64,000 nucleotides of DNA, from assembly GCA_038874135.1 (NCBI GenBank), contig JAVZCZ010000001.1, positions 608,001 through 672,000 of the forward strand, in the 5' to 3' direction. Numbering within the stretch: the stretch's first letter is position 1; each line of letters begins with the position of its first letter. The position numbers and the translations under genes were made by a program. The notes below the pieces were generated by a model that searched no databases, had not been told where the DNA came from, and saw nothing but the letters and a program-made list of their open reading frames with translations. Shown piece by piece: positions 18,645 through 28,540 of the stretch. The DNA comes from Candidatus Woesearchaeota archaeon (GTDB lineage: Archaea > Nanobdellota > Nanobdellia > Woesearchaeales > 0-14-0-80-44-23).

Positions 18645-18902
18645 TCACGGATTTTTTCCTGGTAAGCAGCAAACTTCTCCATTGTTACTGCACTTGGCAG
18701 ATGGAAAGGGCGTTTCATCCATCTCGCACAGTCCTTGTCTGCAAATTCCTCCTTTTTTAGTGCAATCGCCCTGAAATCTTTCAGTATTCTCTCCCATAAC
18801 ATTAGTAAATATGAGTATTACAACTCCCAGAACGACAAGTGCTATTATCGCAATTATTACCACATTTATAGATAGTTCAACTCCCCTCCTTTCTTTCATC
18901 AT
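18645..18902 (-). CDS. Small type IV pilin-like protein with 6-Cys C-terminal domain (tandem paralog)
   Basis: ERRG/VELSINVVIIAIIALVVL; C-x6-C-x4-C-x11-C-x6-CC. Confidence 0.8.
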   Translation of the reverse strand: MMKERRGVELSINVVIIAIIALVVLGVVILIFTNVMGENTERFQGDCTKKGGICRQGLCEMDETPFPSAKCSNNGEVCCLPGKNP

Positions 18903-19007
18903 CTCGCTCTTATTTTTTTCTCTATTTAAATCTTTCCTTAGCTTTTGATTTTCCTGTATAAAAAAATATATAAAGCATTGTAGTTTCTATTTTGCTCGGG
19001 AAAGACT

Positions 19008-19982
19008 ATGGAGAGCTCCATCTGGACTGAGAAGTATAGGCCCGAAGACTTTTCTGATATAATAGGGCAGGATGAAGTTGTCAGGAGGGTTAAGGCTTTT
19101 GTCAAGAGTGGCAACATGCCCCACCTAATGTTTGCAGGCCCGGCTGGCACTGGAAAAACTTCTCTGGCAATTGTTATTGCTAAGAAGCTTTTTTCTGAAA
19201 GCTGGAGGGAGAACTTTCTTGAGCTGAACGCTTCTGACGAGAGGGGCATAGATGTTATAAGGGAGAATGTCAAGAACTTTGCGAGGACCAAGACTATAGG
19301 GGACGCCCCTTTTAAGATTATCTACCTTGATGAGAGTGATGCTCTCACCAGAGAGGCTCAGCAGGCTCTCAGGAGAACCATGGAGAATTATACTAGAACA
19401 TGCAGGTTTATTCTCTCATGTAATTATTCTTCAAAGATAATTGAGCCTATACAGTCTAGGTGTGCTGTTTTCAGGTTTCAACGCCTGAGCAAGGAGGACA
19501 TATTCAAAATTATAGAGAGGATTGCAAAATCAGAGAACCTTGTCGTTGAGAAGGATGCAATGGAGGCGCTCTACTCTGCGTCTCAGGGCGATTGCAGAAA
19601 GCTTGAGAATATAATGCAGAGCTGCGCAGCACTCTCTTCAAAAATAACAGAAAAGGCAGTTTACGATGTTGCAGCTTATGCCAGACCTGCCGAGCTGAAG
19701 CATGTTCTTGAAATTGCCATTTCAGGAAGGTTTGAGGAATCAAGGAACAAGCTTTTTGAGATCATGTCCAGCCATGGGCTTTCCGGATTGGACATCCTTG
19801 GGCAGATGCAGTCTGAAATTCTGAAGCTCACTATTGATAATAGGGCAAAGATGTGGCTGATTGAAAAAGTTGGAGAGATAGAATTTAGAATAGTTGAGGG
19901 GTCTGACGAGAAAGTTCAATTAGAAGCCCTTCTTGCTTCATTCTGCCTGGCAGGACATTCAAAAAAAGAATCTGAGAAGTAG
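19008..19982 (+). CDS. rfcS: Replication factor C small subunit
   Basis: WTEKYRP, GPAGTGKT, ELNASDERG, LDESD, QSRC; no intein. Confidence 0.97.
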   Translation: MESSIWTEKYRPEDFSDIIGQDEVVRRVKAFVKSGNMPHLMFAGPAGTGKTSLAIVIAKKLFSESWRENFLELNASDERGIDVIRENVKNFARTKTIGDAPFKIIYLDESDALTREAQQALRRTMENYTRTCRFILSCNYSSKIIEPIQSRCAVFRFQRLSKEDIFKIIERIAKSENLVVEKDAMEALYSASQGDCRKLENIMQSCAALSSKITEKAVYDVAAYARPAELKHVLEIAISGRFEESRNKLFEIMSSHGLSGLDILGQMQSEILKLTIDNRAKMWLIEKVGEIEFRIVEGSDEKVQLEALLASFCLAGHSKKESEK

Positions 19983-19987
19983 CTAAA

Positions 19988-21352
19988 ATGCTTTCAAAAA
20001 AAGGCGCTCCAAAAAAGACAGGCACTCAATCTGCCGAAAGAAGCCCTTCTAGGATTAATGCGAAGGCTGAAGCATCTTCTTCCTATGGCGAATCAGAACA
20101 GGCTTTGAAACAAAATTCAACTGTTGACAAGCTGGAGTATGTAGCCATGAGGGAGCGGCTTATTGAAGCGTCTAGAATAATAAGGCGTCTCTCCTCAGAA
20201 AATGAAGCCTTAAAAAACCGTCTTGCTCAATTAGTTGAGGAGCAGGCGCAGAAGCCAGTTCCAAACGAGGAGCTCTTATCTGCTCTTGAAAAGCGCTCTG
20301 CAGAAGTGCTGCAGCTTAAGTCCCAACTTTTAAATGAGCTTAAATATAGAGACTCTGCAGCTGAGCAGATTAGGGCCTTAGAATCGCAGATTTCGCACCT
20401 TAACAGCACAATTCTGACTCTTACAGAGGCGCTTAAAAATAGGGATTCTGTAGAGGAAGCAATGAGTTCTCAGCTTTTAGATTTGAAACAGCAGCTGGCA
20501 GATCGTGACCAAATAATAAGGGAACTGAGAAGTCACTTTCACGAGCGAAACAAGATTGAAGAACAGCTCATTTCAGATATAGGTGCACTGAAAAAAAATC
20601 TTGCCGAGAAAAATTCCACAATAGAAGAGCTTCTAAGAACAAACAAGTCCCTAGTTGAGATGAACAGAAGCACTGACGAGCTTGCAAGAAAAAAGGAAAA
20701 AGAGCTTGAGTTGGCATTAAAGCAGATTGATTCAATGAAGGAGCAGATAGAAAACCTCAATTCACAAATTAGAAGCCAGCAGGAAGAACATAAAAAGACG
20801 CTTGAAGATGTCAAAAGGGCGTTTGAGCTTGAGAGGAAAATGCTTCTTGAGGAGTTTTCAGAGAAAGAGGCAACACTCAGGTCCAGAATTTCCGAGATGG
20901 AAGCAGCTATGACAGATATGAAAAAGACAATAGAATTAAGAAATTCCGAAATTTCTTCAATGGCAGCTGCACTTAATCAGCAAGTTTCAATGCTTTCCCA
21001 GCTCTCGCAGATGCCAAAGAGCGTTACAGAAAGGGTTGAAGAACTTAAGCAGCCGATCCTTCAAAAAAATTCAAGAGCAAAACCTAAGGAAAGGTTAAAA
21101 ATTGAAGAGAGAAAGGAAGTTTTACGCATTCCAGAACCTCCAGCTCAGATACGAGATTCTAATAAGACCGTTAGCGCTTATGATAATATTAGTGAGGAGC
21201 GCCTAGAAGAGATACGCGCCGCTCTAGAAATAGCTGCGATGCGCAAGGAGCCTTTGGCTAGAACAAAAAAATCTCTTCTCAGCTCAGGCTACTCTGAAGC
21301 AGAGATAGACTTGGCATTATCACAGGTTAACAAAGAAAAAGAAAGGCAGTAA
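19988..21352 (+). CDS. Long coiled-coil protein with small C-terminal helical domain
   Basis: Heptad-rich E/K/L/Q composition over about 290 aa; C-terminal L...GYSEAEI..AL motif. Confidence 0.75.
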   Translation: MLSKKGAPKKTGTQSAERSPSRINAKAEASSSYGESEQALKQNSTVDKLEYVAMRERLIEASRIIRRLSSENEALKNRLAQLVEEQAQKPVPNEELLSALEKRSAEVLQLKSQLLNELKYRDSAAEQIRALESQISHLNSTILTLTEALKNRDSVEEAMSSQLLDLKQQLADRDQIIRELRSHFHERNKIEEQLISDIGALKKNLAEKNSTIEELLRTNKSLVEMNRSTDELARKKEKELELALKQIDSMKEQIENLNSQIRSQQEEHKKTLEDVKRAFELERKMLLEEFSEKEATLRSRISEMEAAMTDMKKTIELRNSEISSMAAALNQQVSMLSQLSQMPKSVTERVEELKQPILQKNSRAKPKERLKIEERKEVLRIPEPPAQIRDSNKTVSAYDNISEERLEEIRAALEIAAMRKEPLARTKKSLLSSGYSEAEIDLALSQVNKEKERQ

Positions 21353-21359
21353 GAAAGGT

Positions 21360-22301
21360 TTAACAGCTCTTCTTTACAACTATCGGCTGTATCTTATATG
21401 AGAGGTAGTCATATGTTAGTGTTATGGTTACATCCTTCTGATAATCCACCCTTCCCTGCCCAGTTGGAACTTTTTGTATGCAATTAACTATTGCCTTTCC
21501 AGCTCCCTTGTCACTGCTAAGCGTTATGAATCCTGAAGTGTCCGAGCCATCCCTTAAACCAGTGCATCTCAGCCCAGGTATGCCGCTCTCAATTGTGAAT
21601 AACACCCTATTCCTATTGGCAAAAGTGTCTAAACATCCGGAATCCTGCTTAAAGACATTGCCGTTCCCCTTATGCTCTACAGTTATTTCAAACCTCACCT
21701 GATCTGTACCGGCTACGCTCTCAACAAAAGAGGTAACCTGTATTGGAGCACCGGAATTGGCCACCTGCTTTGCCCCATCTATAGTGCAGGCACCCTTGCT
21801 TGTGTCCCTGAGGTTGCTTTTTATGCACGCCTGCGCGATTGCTGTTGTCTTATAGTTGTAACATATTTCAGCTCTTAGTGTTGGATATTTTATGTCGCCC
21901 AGCACGTTTCCTCTGTAAGCAAGATTTGGAAATTCCACCTGAACTGGGATGGACGGCTGATTAACCTTTTTTCCTATTAAATCTTCAGGGGGGTGCTTAC
22001 TGAATTCAGCTGGCGAATATCCAAACTGTTCTGGCATTATGCCCGTTATTGTAACTAGAGCCTTATCTTTAGGAACGTCGTACTCTCCATCATTATTGAG
22101 TTCAACTATTATATCAAACTGGTTAGTACTACCAGCGCAGGAGTCAAACACCTCTGCAGGCGGCGACTCAGGAGCAAAGTTAATCAGCACCCCGTTTGTT
22201 CCTCCCGCAAAGGTTCTTGTTGTTGAACTGGTGTTCTCAGTGCATCCTAAAGACATTAGGATTCCTAAAATTAAGATTCCAAAGAGTATTTCTCTCTTCA
22301 T
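21360..22301 (-). CDS. Predicted lipoprotein, Cys-containing beta-sandwich family (paralog 3)
   Basis: Lipobox-like MSLGC; GV.I.F....PP, CYNYKT.A...C, GAPIQV, LTYDY. Confidence 0.75.
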   Translation of the reverse strand: MKREILFGILILGILMSLGCTENTSSTTRTFAGGTNGVLINFAPESPPAEVFDSCAGSTNQFDIIVELNNDGEYDVPKDKALVTITGIMPEQFGYSPAEFSKHPPEDLIGKKVNQPSIPVQVEFPNLAYRGNVLGDIKYPTLRAEICYNYKTTAIAQACIKSNLRDTSKGACTIDGAKQVANSGAPIQVTSFVESVAGTDQVRFEITVEHKGNGNVFKQDSGCLDTFANRNRVLFTIESGIPGLRCTGLRDGSDTSGFITLSSDKGAGKAIVNCIQKVPTGQGRVDYQKDVTITLTYDYLSYKIQPIVVKKSC

Positions 22302-22310
22302 TTTTAACCC

Positions 22311-23216
22311 TCACAATCTTATTAGCTTGACATTTTTAACAGTTGAATATTTATAGCCATATTCCAGTGTAAGCTGGACGTTTGTAGTGTAAGCGCTCTG
22401 AGAGCTGCTCAGCCCAGAAACCTTGCATACAACTATGCCCTCCCCATTCACCAGTCTTACATCGCTCGGAGTGCAACTCATCTGACGGTCTGATAGGCTT
22501 CCAGACACCTTAACAAGGTTCTGCTTGCTCAGGTCAGCAGACATGCAGGTTCCAGTGCTGTCAGAAGATATTACTTCGCCTCCTCCAACATTCTTTATTG
22601 TAAAAGTGAATATTACATTTCCAACTCCTGATTCCTGCTGTATTGAAGTTACAGAAACTGGACCACCCTGACCTCCTGACATTGAAATTGACCTAGCAGG
22701 CTTGCACGCCTTTGTGCCCGGCTTAGACGGGTTTGGGTCTATGCACACTGTTGTTCCTGCAATTGTCTTATACTTGTAGCAGGCAGTTGCCATAAGGGGG
22801 ATTTCTATAAAGTCAACTCCAGAGGGCATTCTAAATTCAAAGTTTCCCACCTCTACATACTCTAAAGAGCCTGAAGGATTTTTGGATTCTTCTTTACCTT
22901 CCAGCCTTTTAACGCTTACTGTGCTTGGCAGTGGCAATATGTTTGGATCGTAACCGCTAAGGTATATTGTTGCTCCATCGCAGCTTTCCGCCCCCAAGTT
23001 TCTTACTTCAATGCTTACTGCCACTCTATTGTCACCCCCTTGGCTGTAGTGTAAACTCTCAGGTGGGCTGCTCTCTGCGAAGTTTATTTCAACTCCTTTT
23101 GTTCCAGTGCGATAGTTAGTAGTGCTCTTGCTTGAAGGGCCGCACCCATAAGCCAGAATCAAGAGAAATAGCGTTGCAAAGATTGCTGAATTTTTTAAAA
23201 CCTTGTTTGCTCTCAT
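22311..23216 (-). CDS. Predicted lipoprotein, same family (paralog 2)
   Basis: LAYGC; GVEINF...PP, ACYKYKT.A...C, GGPVSV, LEYGY. Confidence 0.75.
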   Translation of the reverse strand: MRANKVLKNSAIFATLFLLILAYGCGPSSKSTTNYRTGTKGVEINFAESSPPESLHYSQGGDNRVAVSIEVRNLGAESCDGATIYLSGYDPNILPLPSTVSVKRLEGKEESKNPSGSLEYVEVGNFEFRMPSGVDFIEIPLMATACYKYKTIAGTTVCIDPNPSKPGTKACKPARSISMSGGQGGPVSVTSIQQESGVGNVIFTFTIKNVGGGEVISSDSTGTCMSADLSKQNLVKVSGSLSDRQMSCTPSDVRLVNGEGIVVCKVSGLSSSQSAYTTNVQLTLEYGYKYSTVKNVKLIRL

Positions 23217-23270
23217 TTTTCTTCACTCTCCAATAGCGTTTAATTATATAAAGTTTTCTTTAATCTTTTC

Positions 23271-24212
23271 CTATCCTGGCAGTTTTTTAATTATCACTTC
23301 TTTAGTTGCAATCTGTACATAGCCGTAGCTAACATTTATTAACAACGGGCTTACATAGGAGCCGTCGCTAACCTTTAAGATTCCAGTTTCGCAGGTTACA
23401 ATGTCTTCAGAATTCTGCGAGAGGTCTGCATAGTTTCGCTTTCCGCAGTTCAACTCTTTATCCCCAAGCTTGGCGCTGACATATGCCCTTCCAAAGTATG
23501 CTGAAGGAGCGCCCGTCACCTTGGTGTTAGAGCATAAGACTTCCCACTTTCCTTTATCTACTACAATTCCATCCCCTACATTTCTTATCTTTATTGTGAA
23601 TACCATTTTTACTTCGCTCTCGCTTTGAAATAATTTTGCGGCGTCTATCTCGCTAATTACAATCGGCGCTCCCTGACTGGAGAGTGTTGTTTTCTCTCTG
23701 AATGTGCACGGCTTTCTTCCACCTTCATATATCGAGGTATCAACACAGAAGGAGGTTGTAGCAATTGTGTAATAAGGGTAACATGCAGTTGCAGTTATTT
23801 CAGTGTTTATTTCGTTGAGGCCCAACTCTTCAGGAGCGCTTAGCATAAATATTTTAAAACTTCTTCCACCAATAAATGTTCTAGTGTCTTCCCTGCCGGG
23901 AATTTTAAATCTAAAAAAGTCATCATTTTTTATCATCTTTTCTGTCGGAAATTCAGGAGCATTTATTATGAGCACTCCATCTAAGGCAACAGCACCCGCG
24001 TTTTCCAACATTATACCTACTGGGAATTCCGTGCCTGCATATACAATGTCTGGAGGTGAATTTTTCATGAATGAAATTCTCAAAGCTTCTGTCCCGCTAT
24101 GGGCATTGAATGGTAAGGCTCCAGGCGAGTAGGTGCATCCCGAAATTATAACTAACAATATCACGATCGGAGTAGCCGTCTTAATGATTTTAAGCTCTGC
24201 AGCCCTAAACAT
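23271..24212 (-). CDS. Predicted lipoprotein, same family (paralog 1)
   Basis: IISGC; L.ISF...PP, ACYPYYT.A...C, GAPIVI, VSYGY. Confidence 0.75.
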   Translation of the reverse strand: MFRAAELKIIKTATPIVILLVIISGCTYSPGALPFNAHSGTEALRISFMKNSPPDIVYAGTEFPVGIMLENAGAVALDGVLIINAPEFPTEKMIKNDDFFRFKIPGREDTRTFIGGRSFKIFMLSAPEELGLNEINTEITATACYPYYTIATTSFCVDTSIYEGGRKPCTFREKTTLSSQGAPIVISEIDAAKLFQSESEVKMVFTIKIRNVGDGIVVDKGKWEVLCSNTKVTGAPSAYFGRAYVSAKLGDKELNCGKRNYADLSQNSEDIVTCETGILKVSDGSYVSPLLINVSYGYVQIATKEVIIKKLPG

Positions 24213-26153
24213 TTATTGCACCCCGCAGAAGTAACTGTTCCAATAGTACATGTAGTTTATTACAGGGATATAATAATTCTCATCCGCGGCATTTTTATTG
24301 TTGTAAGTTTTTATTGCACACCTGAGCTTTTCCTGCGTTTCAGCATTCACATATTCCTTACAATAGCTATCGTCAGTAACATAACTCTTTATCCTCTCGG
24401 CAGCACATACTATGTCAGCCACAACATCATAGGCCGGAGCACAGCACTTACATCCTGCAATGTGATAAGGTATCCCTTCAGCATTTAATACATCCCGATT
24501 TGTTCCCAAGCTTGATTCCTTAATCATCATTGCCAGCAGCAACGCCCTGGTTTGCTGTTCATCCAACCAATCTGGCTTATACCTTGTTATTGCCTTGTCC
24601 AGCCCCTCTTTTATCAGGTCTGAGAGGGGTCCGCTGTTGTAAATCTTAACATAATACTTCATATACTCAGGCAGGGACTCCGCCTTGTTTGTACAGTCAA
24701 AGCTGGACTCAATCTTTGGACCAGTGTAAATTCCTAACCCGCCAAAATCCTCAGTGCTTCCACTTTCGTCATTTTCCAAAACATTCAGTTCGTATGTGGA
24801 AGAGAGCCTGTACGAGTAGGATGCACTCACCACTATGAACCCCCTCATGTATCCCGTGCTTCCCAAATTGATATTGTTCTCTGCTTTCAAACCGCACACA
24901 AAGCTTCTAACAGTTGTTATATTATAATCCGGAGGGATTATATCCTTATCCAGCACATAGGTCTGTCCCGAGCCCGTGAAAGGGCAGGATTCCTTATTTG
25001 GAATAAGTGTTAGTCCTAAAGGTAGCTGAACTTTTATGTTGCTTACGCCAATTGCATCTCCAGAAAAGGCACCCCACTGGTTGGTCAAGGCGAAAACAAG
25101 CTCTGCGCTATTTCCCTCAGGTCCGTTAATTGTCATCGGAGTTGGATTAACTTTTATGCCGATGTTGATTGGGCCGTCATTAAACACTGCTTTCTTTTCG
25201 GGGTCAATCTTGTAATATTTTAGTAAGAAGTCCCTGCCATACTGCTGCATGAGGGCATTTCTCCTGCTGTAATCCATCAAGTGTACTGGCAGGTAGGATG
25301 TAGTGTTAAATGGGAATACAATTGAGAATTTCAGCTTGTTTATTCCTGAACTCGTTTTTATTGTTTCTAGGGTGCAGCTTATCGTCCTCTTGTTGCTGCT
25401 TATATCAGGAAAAGGTATCTGCTCCGGGGTAGGCTTTCCAGTGATCCTGCCATTTGAGCAGTTTGTAATCACTGTTATGTCAGGGTATATTCTAAGGTTT
25501 TCTCCTTCTACATCAGCATATACCTCAACAGAGTCTCCAACATAGTAATCCTTGTCAGGCAGCAGCAGCTGGGGTTTGGATATTGAAATTCCTATCAGGT
25601 CTTGAGCCTCCCCTGTTGGGCAGTTTCCAGATGCGCACTGAATCTGCGTATCCACATAGTTTTTGACCTGATTGTTGAATCTCTGCAGCGACTCGCTTAT
25701 GCTTCCGAAGGTTTTTGCAGCAGTTCCTTCTTTTTTATTCTCAGCACTATACACCTTTACCAGGGGCCAGAACATCATTAGGCCCCACACGACTAGCAGG
25801 AGAATAACCATGCTTAGGAAGTATTTGCTCCTGATTAGAGCTGGCAGTATCAACACTCCTACTCCTATGAGTATGGTCCACACTAGGGGGATTCCTGCAA
25901 TGTAAGCAGCAATTGCACCTCCCAGTGCAGCTAAAATTTCTAAGGAAGTATATGTCGGGTTTTCGGAGAACTTGGACATTGAATTGCGATAGGCATCTGC
26001 CAGCTTCTGGCCTCCAGCCTTAAAGGCTCCCTTTATTCCTCTACCAATATTAGAAAAAACCTCTGCTGCTTTTTTCGCAGCAGCATTACTCTCAATTCCG
26101 CTTTTTCTATCATCAATTCTCGGGATTCGTCCCGCTATCGCTTCATCCACCAT
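24213..26153 (-). CDS. Multi-TM membrane protein with a lipoprotein-family-like beta domain and a C-terminal lysozyme/transglycosylase-like domain
   Basis: Three TM segments; DGPINIG and ASYSY motifs; C-terminal ALLLAMMIKESS...DIVCAAERIK...CAIKTYN...NYYIPVI; likely start ATG 26153. Confidence 0.7.
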   Translation of the reverse strand: MVDEAIAGRIPRIDDRKSGIESNAAAKKAAEVFSNIGRGIKGAFKAGGQKLADAYRNSMSKFSENPTYTSLEILAALGGAIAAYIAGIPLVWTILIGVGVLILPALIRSKYFLSMVILLLVVWGLMMFWPLVKVYSAENKKEGTAAKTFGSISESLQRFNNQVKNYVDTQIQCASGNCPTGEAQDLIGISISKPQLLLPDKDYYVGDSVEVYADVEGENLRIYPDITVITNCSNGRITGKPTPEQIPFPDISSNKRTISCTLETIKTSSGINKLKFSIVFPFNTTSYLPVHLMDYSRRNALMQQYGRDFLLKYYKIDPEKKAVFNDGPINIGIKVNPTPMTINGPEGNSAELVFALTNQWGAFSGDAIGVSNIKVQLPLGLTLIPNKESCPFTGSGQTYVLDKDIIPPDYNITTVRSFVCGLKAENNINLGSTGYMRGFIVVSASYSYRLSSTYELNVLENDESGSTEDFGGLGIYTGPKIESSFDCTNKAESLPEYMKYYVKIYNSGPLSDLIKEGLDKAITRYKPDWLDEQQTRALLLAMMIKESSLGTNRDVLNAEGIPYHIAGCKCCAPAYDVVADIVCAAERIKSYVTDDSYCKEYVNAETQEKLRCAIKTYNNKNAADENYYIPVINYMYYWNSYFCGVQ

Positions 26154-26175
26154 CCTCTTTTGCTCCAAACTCCTT

Positions 26176-27384
26176 TTAAGGCAGGTAATATTCAACTTTT
26201 AATTCTGATATGTAAATTGTATTTATAGGTTCTATTTTTATCGCGTTGTTGCCTTCAAGAATTTCTGATGAGGAGAAGTTTATAGAATACTCAACATTTT
26301 TAGTGCTAACCCTCTTGAGAATGTTGTTCAGGCGTATGTTGAACACCTTTTCGGAATTGTCAGGGAAGCGCATGTACATTCTTACTCCGAGAGTTCCGCT
26401 TTTTATTTTTGAATAGTCGCTCTGACTGATATCAAAATAGTAAATCGGGTAGGATATCTCTTTGAATTGGGGAACTATCCTTATCTGTTCTATAGAATAG
26501 AGCCCGCTATCTGTTGAGAATGTTATCCTGTTTTGGCCCTGCTTGAAGTATTCTGGCGAGGCTTCTATGCTATAGGGTGAGCCGCATTCGGGCACGAATG
26601 CTGCAACCTCGTTCTGATTTATTGTGATTGTAAGCTTTCCGCGGTTGGAAGAAGCGCAGTCCGCATAAAACTTCAGATTATACTTTTCTGCGTATGCAAT
26701 TTCAAAATCTGAGATTTCGAAGGAAGCTGTTGCTTTCTGGTATGAAAGGTCAGTTATGTATCCGGTTATCTTTATGTCCAGTAAGTTGTAGTTGTTTTCC
26801 CTCCAGATTGCAAGCCCGGGACTTGAAACTGAAAATTCCAAAGTGTTTGTGCCTTCAACAAGATTATCCTTTGGAAGTTGAATCGGGTTTGGATTGTACG
26901 AAGTTATTTCGCTGTTGAATATCTCCTCTCCATTAAGCTTTATTATGAGCCTTCCGGAGTGGGAGCTAGCTGCAAAAGAGAGCATCAGATTATCTACAGC
27001 TTCTAAGTTTTTAACTTCAAAAGTCACCTGTTTAGAAATCGCTCCGAATATGTTGTTCTTTATATAGAAGGGGTTTATCGTCTTTATCACAGCCGCATTT
27101 CTTGTAACCTTTACAACTAAGTCGTTAACCGAGTGGCCATCTGAATATTTGTCATACATTGAAGAGGCATCAAGCCTTCCAGGCTTTTCATCCAGCAGAA
27201 CCTTATTGGCTGAACTGTCCTGAGAGCTTGAGTTAGTAGCGTTTTCAGTTAGAAGTTCCTGTCTGGTTTCAGGGGGTAAGAAGAGGATGTAAATTATTAT
27301 TAAAAGTCCAATGAGTCCAACAAGAACTCCTGCGCTGGTTGCAGTCTGGGCCTTCCTATTTTTTTTAAGGGGTTGAGCGAGCAT
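26176..27384 (-). CDS. Class III signal peptide surface protein with repeated beta-sandwich (jelly-roll-like) domains
   Basis: KKNRKAQ/TATSAGVLVGLIGLLIIIYILF; three L.I.(L/I)N...G.N.(L/I) repeats. Confidence 0.72.
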   Translation of the reverse strand: MLAQPLKKNRKAQTATSAGVLVGLIGLLIIIYILFLPPETRQELLTENATNSSSQDSSANKVLLDEKPGRLDASSMYDKYSDGHSVNDLVVKVTRNAAVIKTINPFYIKNNIFGAISKQVTFEVKNLEAVDNLMLSFAASSHSGRLIIKLNGEEIFNSEITSYNPNPIQLPKDNLVEGTNTLEFSVSSPGLAIWRENNYNLLDIKITGYITDLSYQKATASFEISDFEIAYAEKYNLKFYADCASSNRGKLTITINQNEVAAFVPECGSPYSIEASPEYFKQGQNRITFSTDSGLYSIEQIRIVPQFKEISYPIYYFDISQSDYSKIKSGTLGVRMYMRFPDNSEKVFNIRLNNILKRVSTKNVEYSINFSSSEILEGNNAIKIEPINTIYISELKVEYYLP

Positions 27385-27487
27385 TCTGATCCTCCAACAC
27401 TTTCTTAATTACTACTCTAAACAAATAACTTTATATATAAATCTTTTCCTATTTCACTACTTGAAAAAGAGTGAAAAACGAGGCATT

Positions 27488-28540
27488 ATGAAAATACTCT
27501 ATAAGAATATTAAAAAAGGAATAATTAAGGTAAGAGCTGAGTGCTCTGACGATTTATGGGTACTTTCAGAAGTTATAAGTCGGGGCGACACAGTTTCGGG
27601 CAGAACGTTTCGCAAGATTAAACTTGGCGGCGAGGATTCTAAGTCTGAAAGCTACAGGAAAGAGGTCTACCTCTCTATAATTGTAGAGACCATTGAATTT
27701 TATGAATATGGCAACGAGCTCAGAATATCTGGGAAGATAATCAATGCTCAGGAAGATATTCCCGCGGGAGCATATCACACAATTTCAGTTAGGGAAGGGA
27801 GTGAGATAGAGATAGAGAAGAAAGACTGGCTAAACTTTCAATTGGAAAAGCTGGAACAGGCGCAAAACAGAGCACCCAACCTGCTCATATGCCTCTGCGA
27901 CAGGGATTCTGCAGAGTTTTACAGGCCAAGGTTTCAAGGGTATGAAAAGCTTCTTCAACTGAGGGGGGAAGTTGAAAAGAAGATGATGAAGAGCGAGTGC
28001 AAGGACTTCTACGCAGAGATAAAAAAAGCAGTTTTGGAATATAACAAGCGGCTTAATCCGGATAAGATAATTGTAGCGAGTCCGTCCTTCTGGAAGGAGT
28101 CTCTTTCCAAAGCGTTAGATTGTGAGGAGCTTAAGGGGAAGCTTTTATACTCAAGCATAAGTTCAGCAGATTCTACTTCGCTATCAGAATTGATGAAGAG
28201 GCCAGAGGTTTTGGAAGTTTTGAAGCATGACAGGATTGCAAATGAGGACCGCCTGGTTTCTGAGCTTCTTGAGAAGGTTGCTAAGGGAAGGTTGGCAGAG
28301 TACGGTATTGAGCAGGTGCGGCTTGCAACCTCATTGGGCGCTGTTGATAAGCTGTTAGTGGCAGATTCATTGATAAGCGAAGCGGTCAGATCTCGCACTT
28401 ATTCTGAGTTTGAGGAACTCTTTAAGAATGTTGAGAAGATGGGCGGGAAGGTTTTTATTCTCTCCTCAAAGGATGCTCCAGGTCAGAGGCTTCTTGGCCT
28501 TTCAGGAATTGCAGCGACACTCAGGTTTCCAATAAGCTAA
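27488..28540 (+). CDS. pelA: Pelota (Dom34) mRNA surveillance protein
   Basis: DDLWVLS, T.RKIK, LRISG.I, GAYHT, GAVDKLL, GIAATLRF. Confidence 0.95.
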   Translation: MKILYKNIKKGIIKVRAECSDDLWVLSEVISRGDTVSGRTFRKIKLGGEDSKSESYRKEVYLSIIVETIEFYEYGNELRISGKIINAQEDIPAGAYHTISVREGSEIEIEKKDWLNFQLEKLEQAQNRAPNLLICLCDRDSAEFYRPRFQGYEKLLQLRGEVEKKMMKSECKDFYAEIKKAVLEYNKRLNPDKIIVASPSFWKESLSKALDCEELKGKLLYSSISSADSTSLSELMKRPEVLEVLKHDRIANEDRLVSELLEKVAKGRLAEYGIEQVRLATSLGAVDKLLVADSLISEAVRSRTYSEFEELFKNVEKMGGKVFILSSKDAPGQRLLGLSGIAATLRFPIS

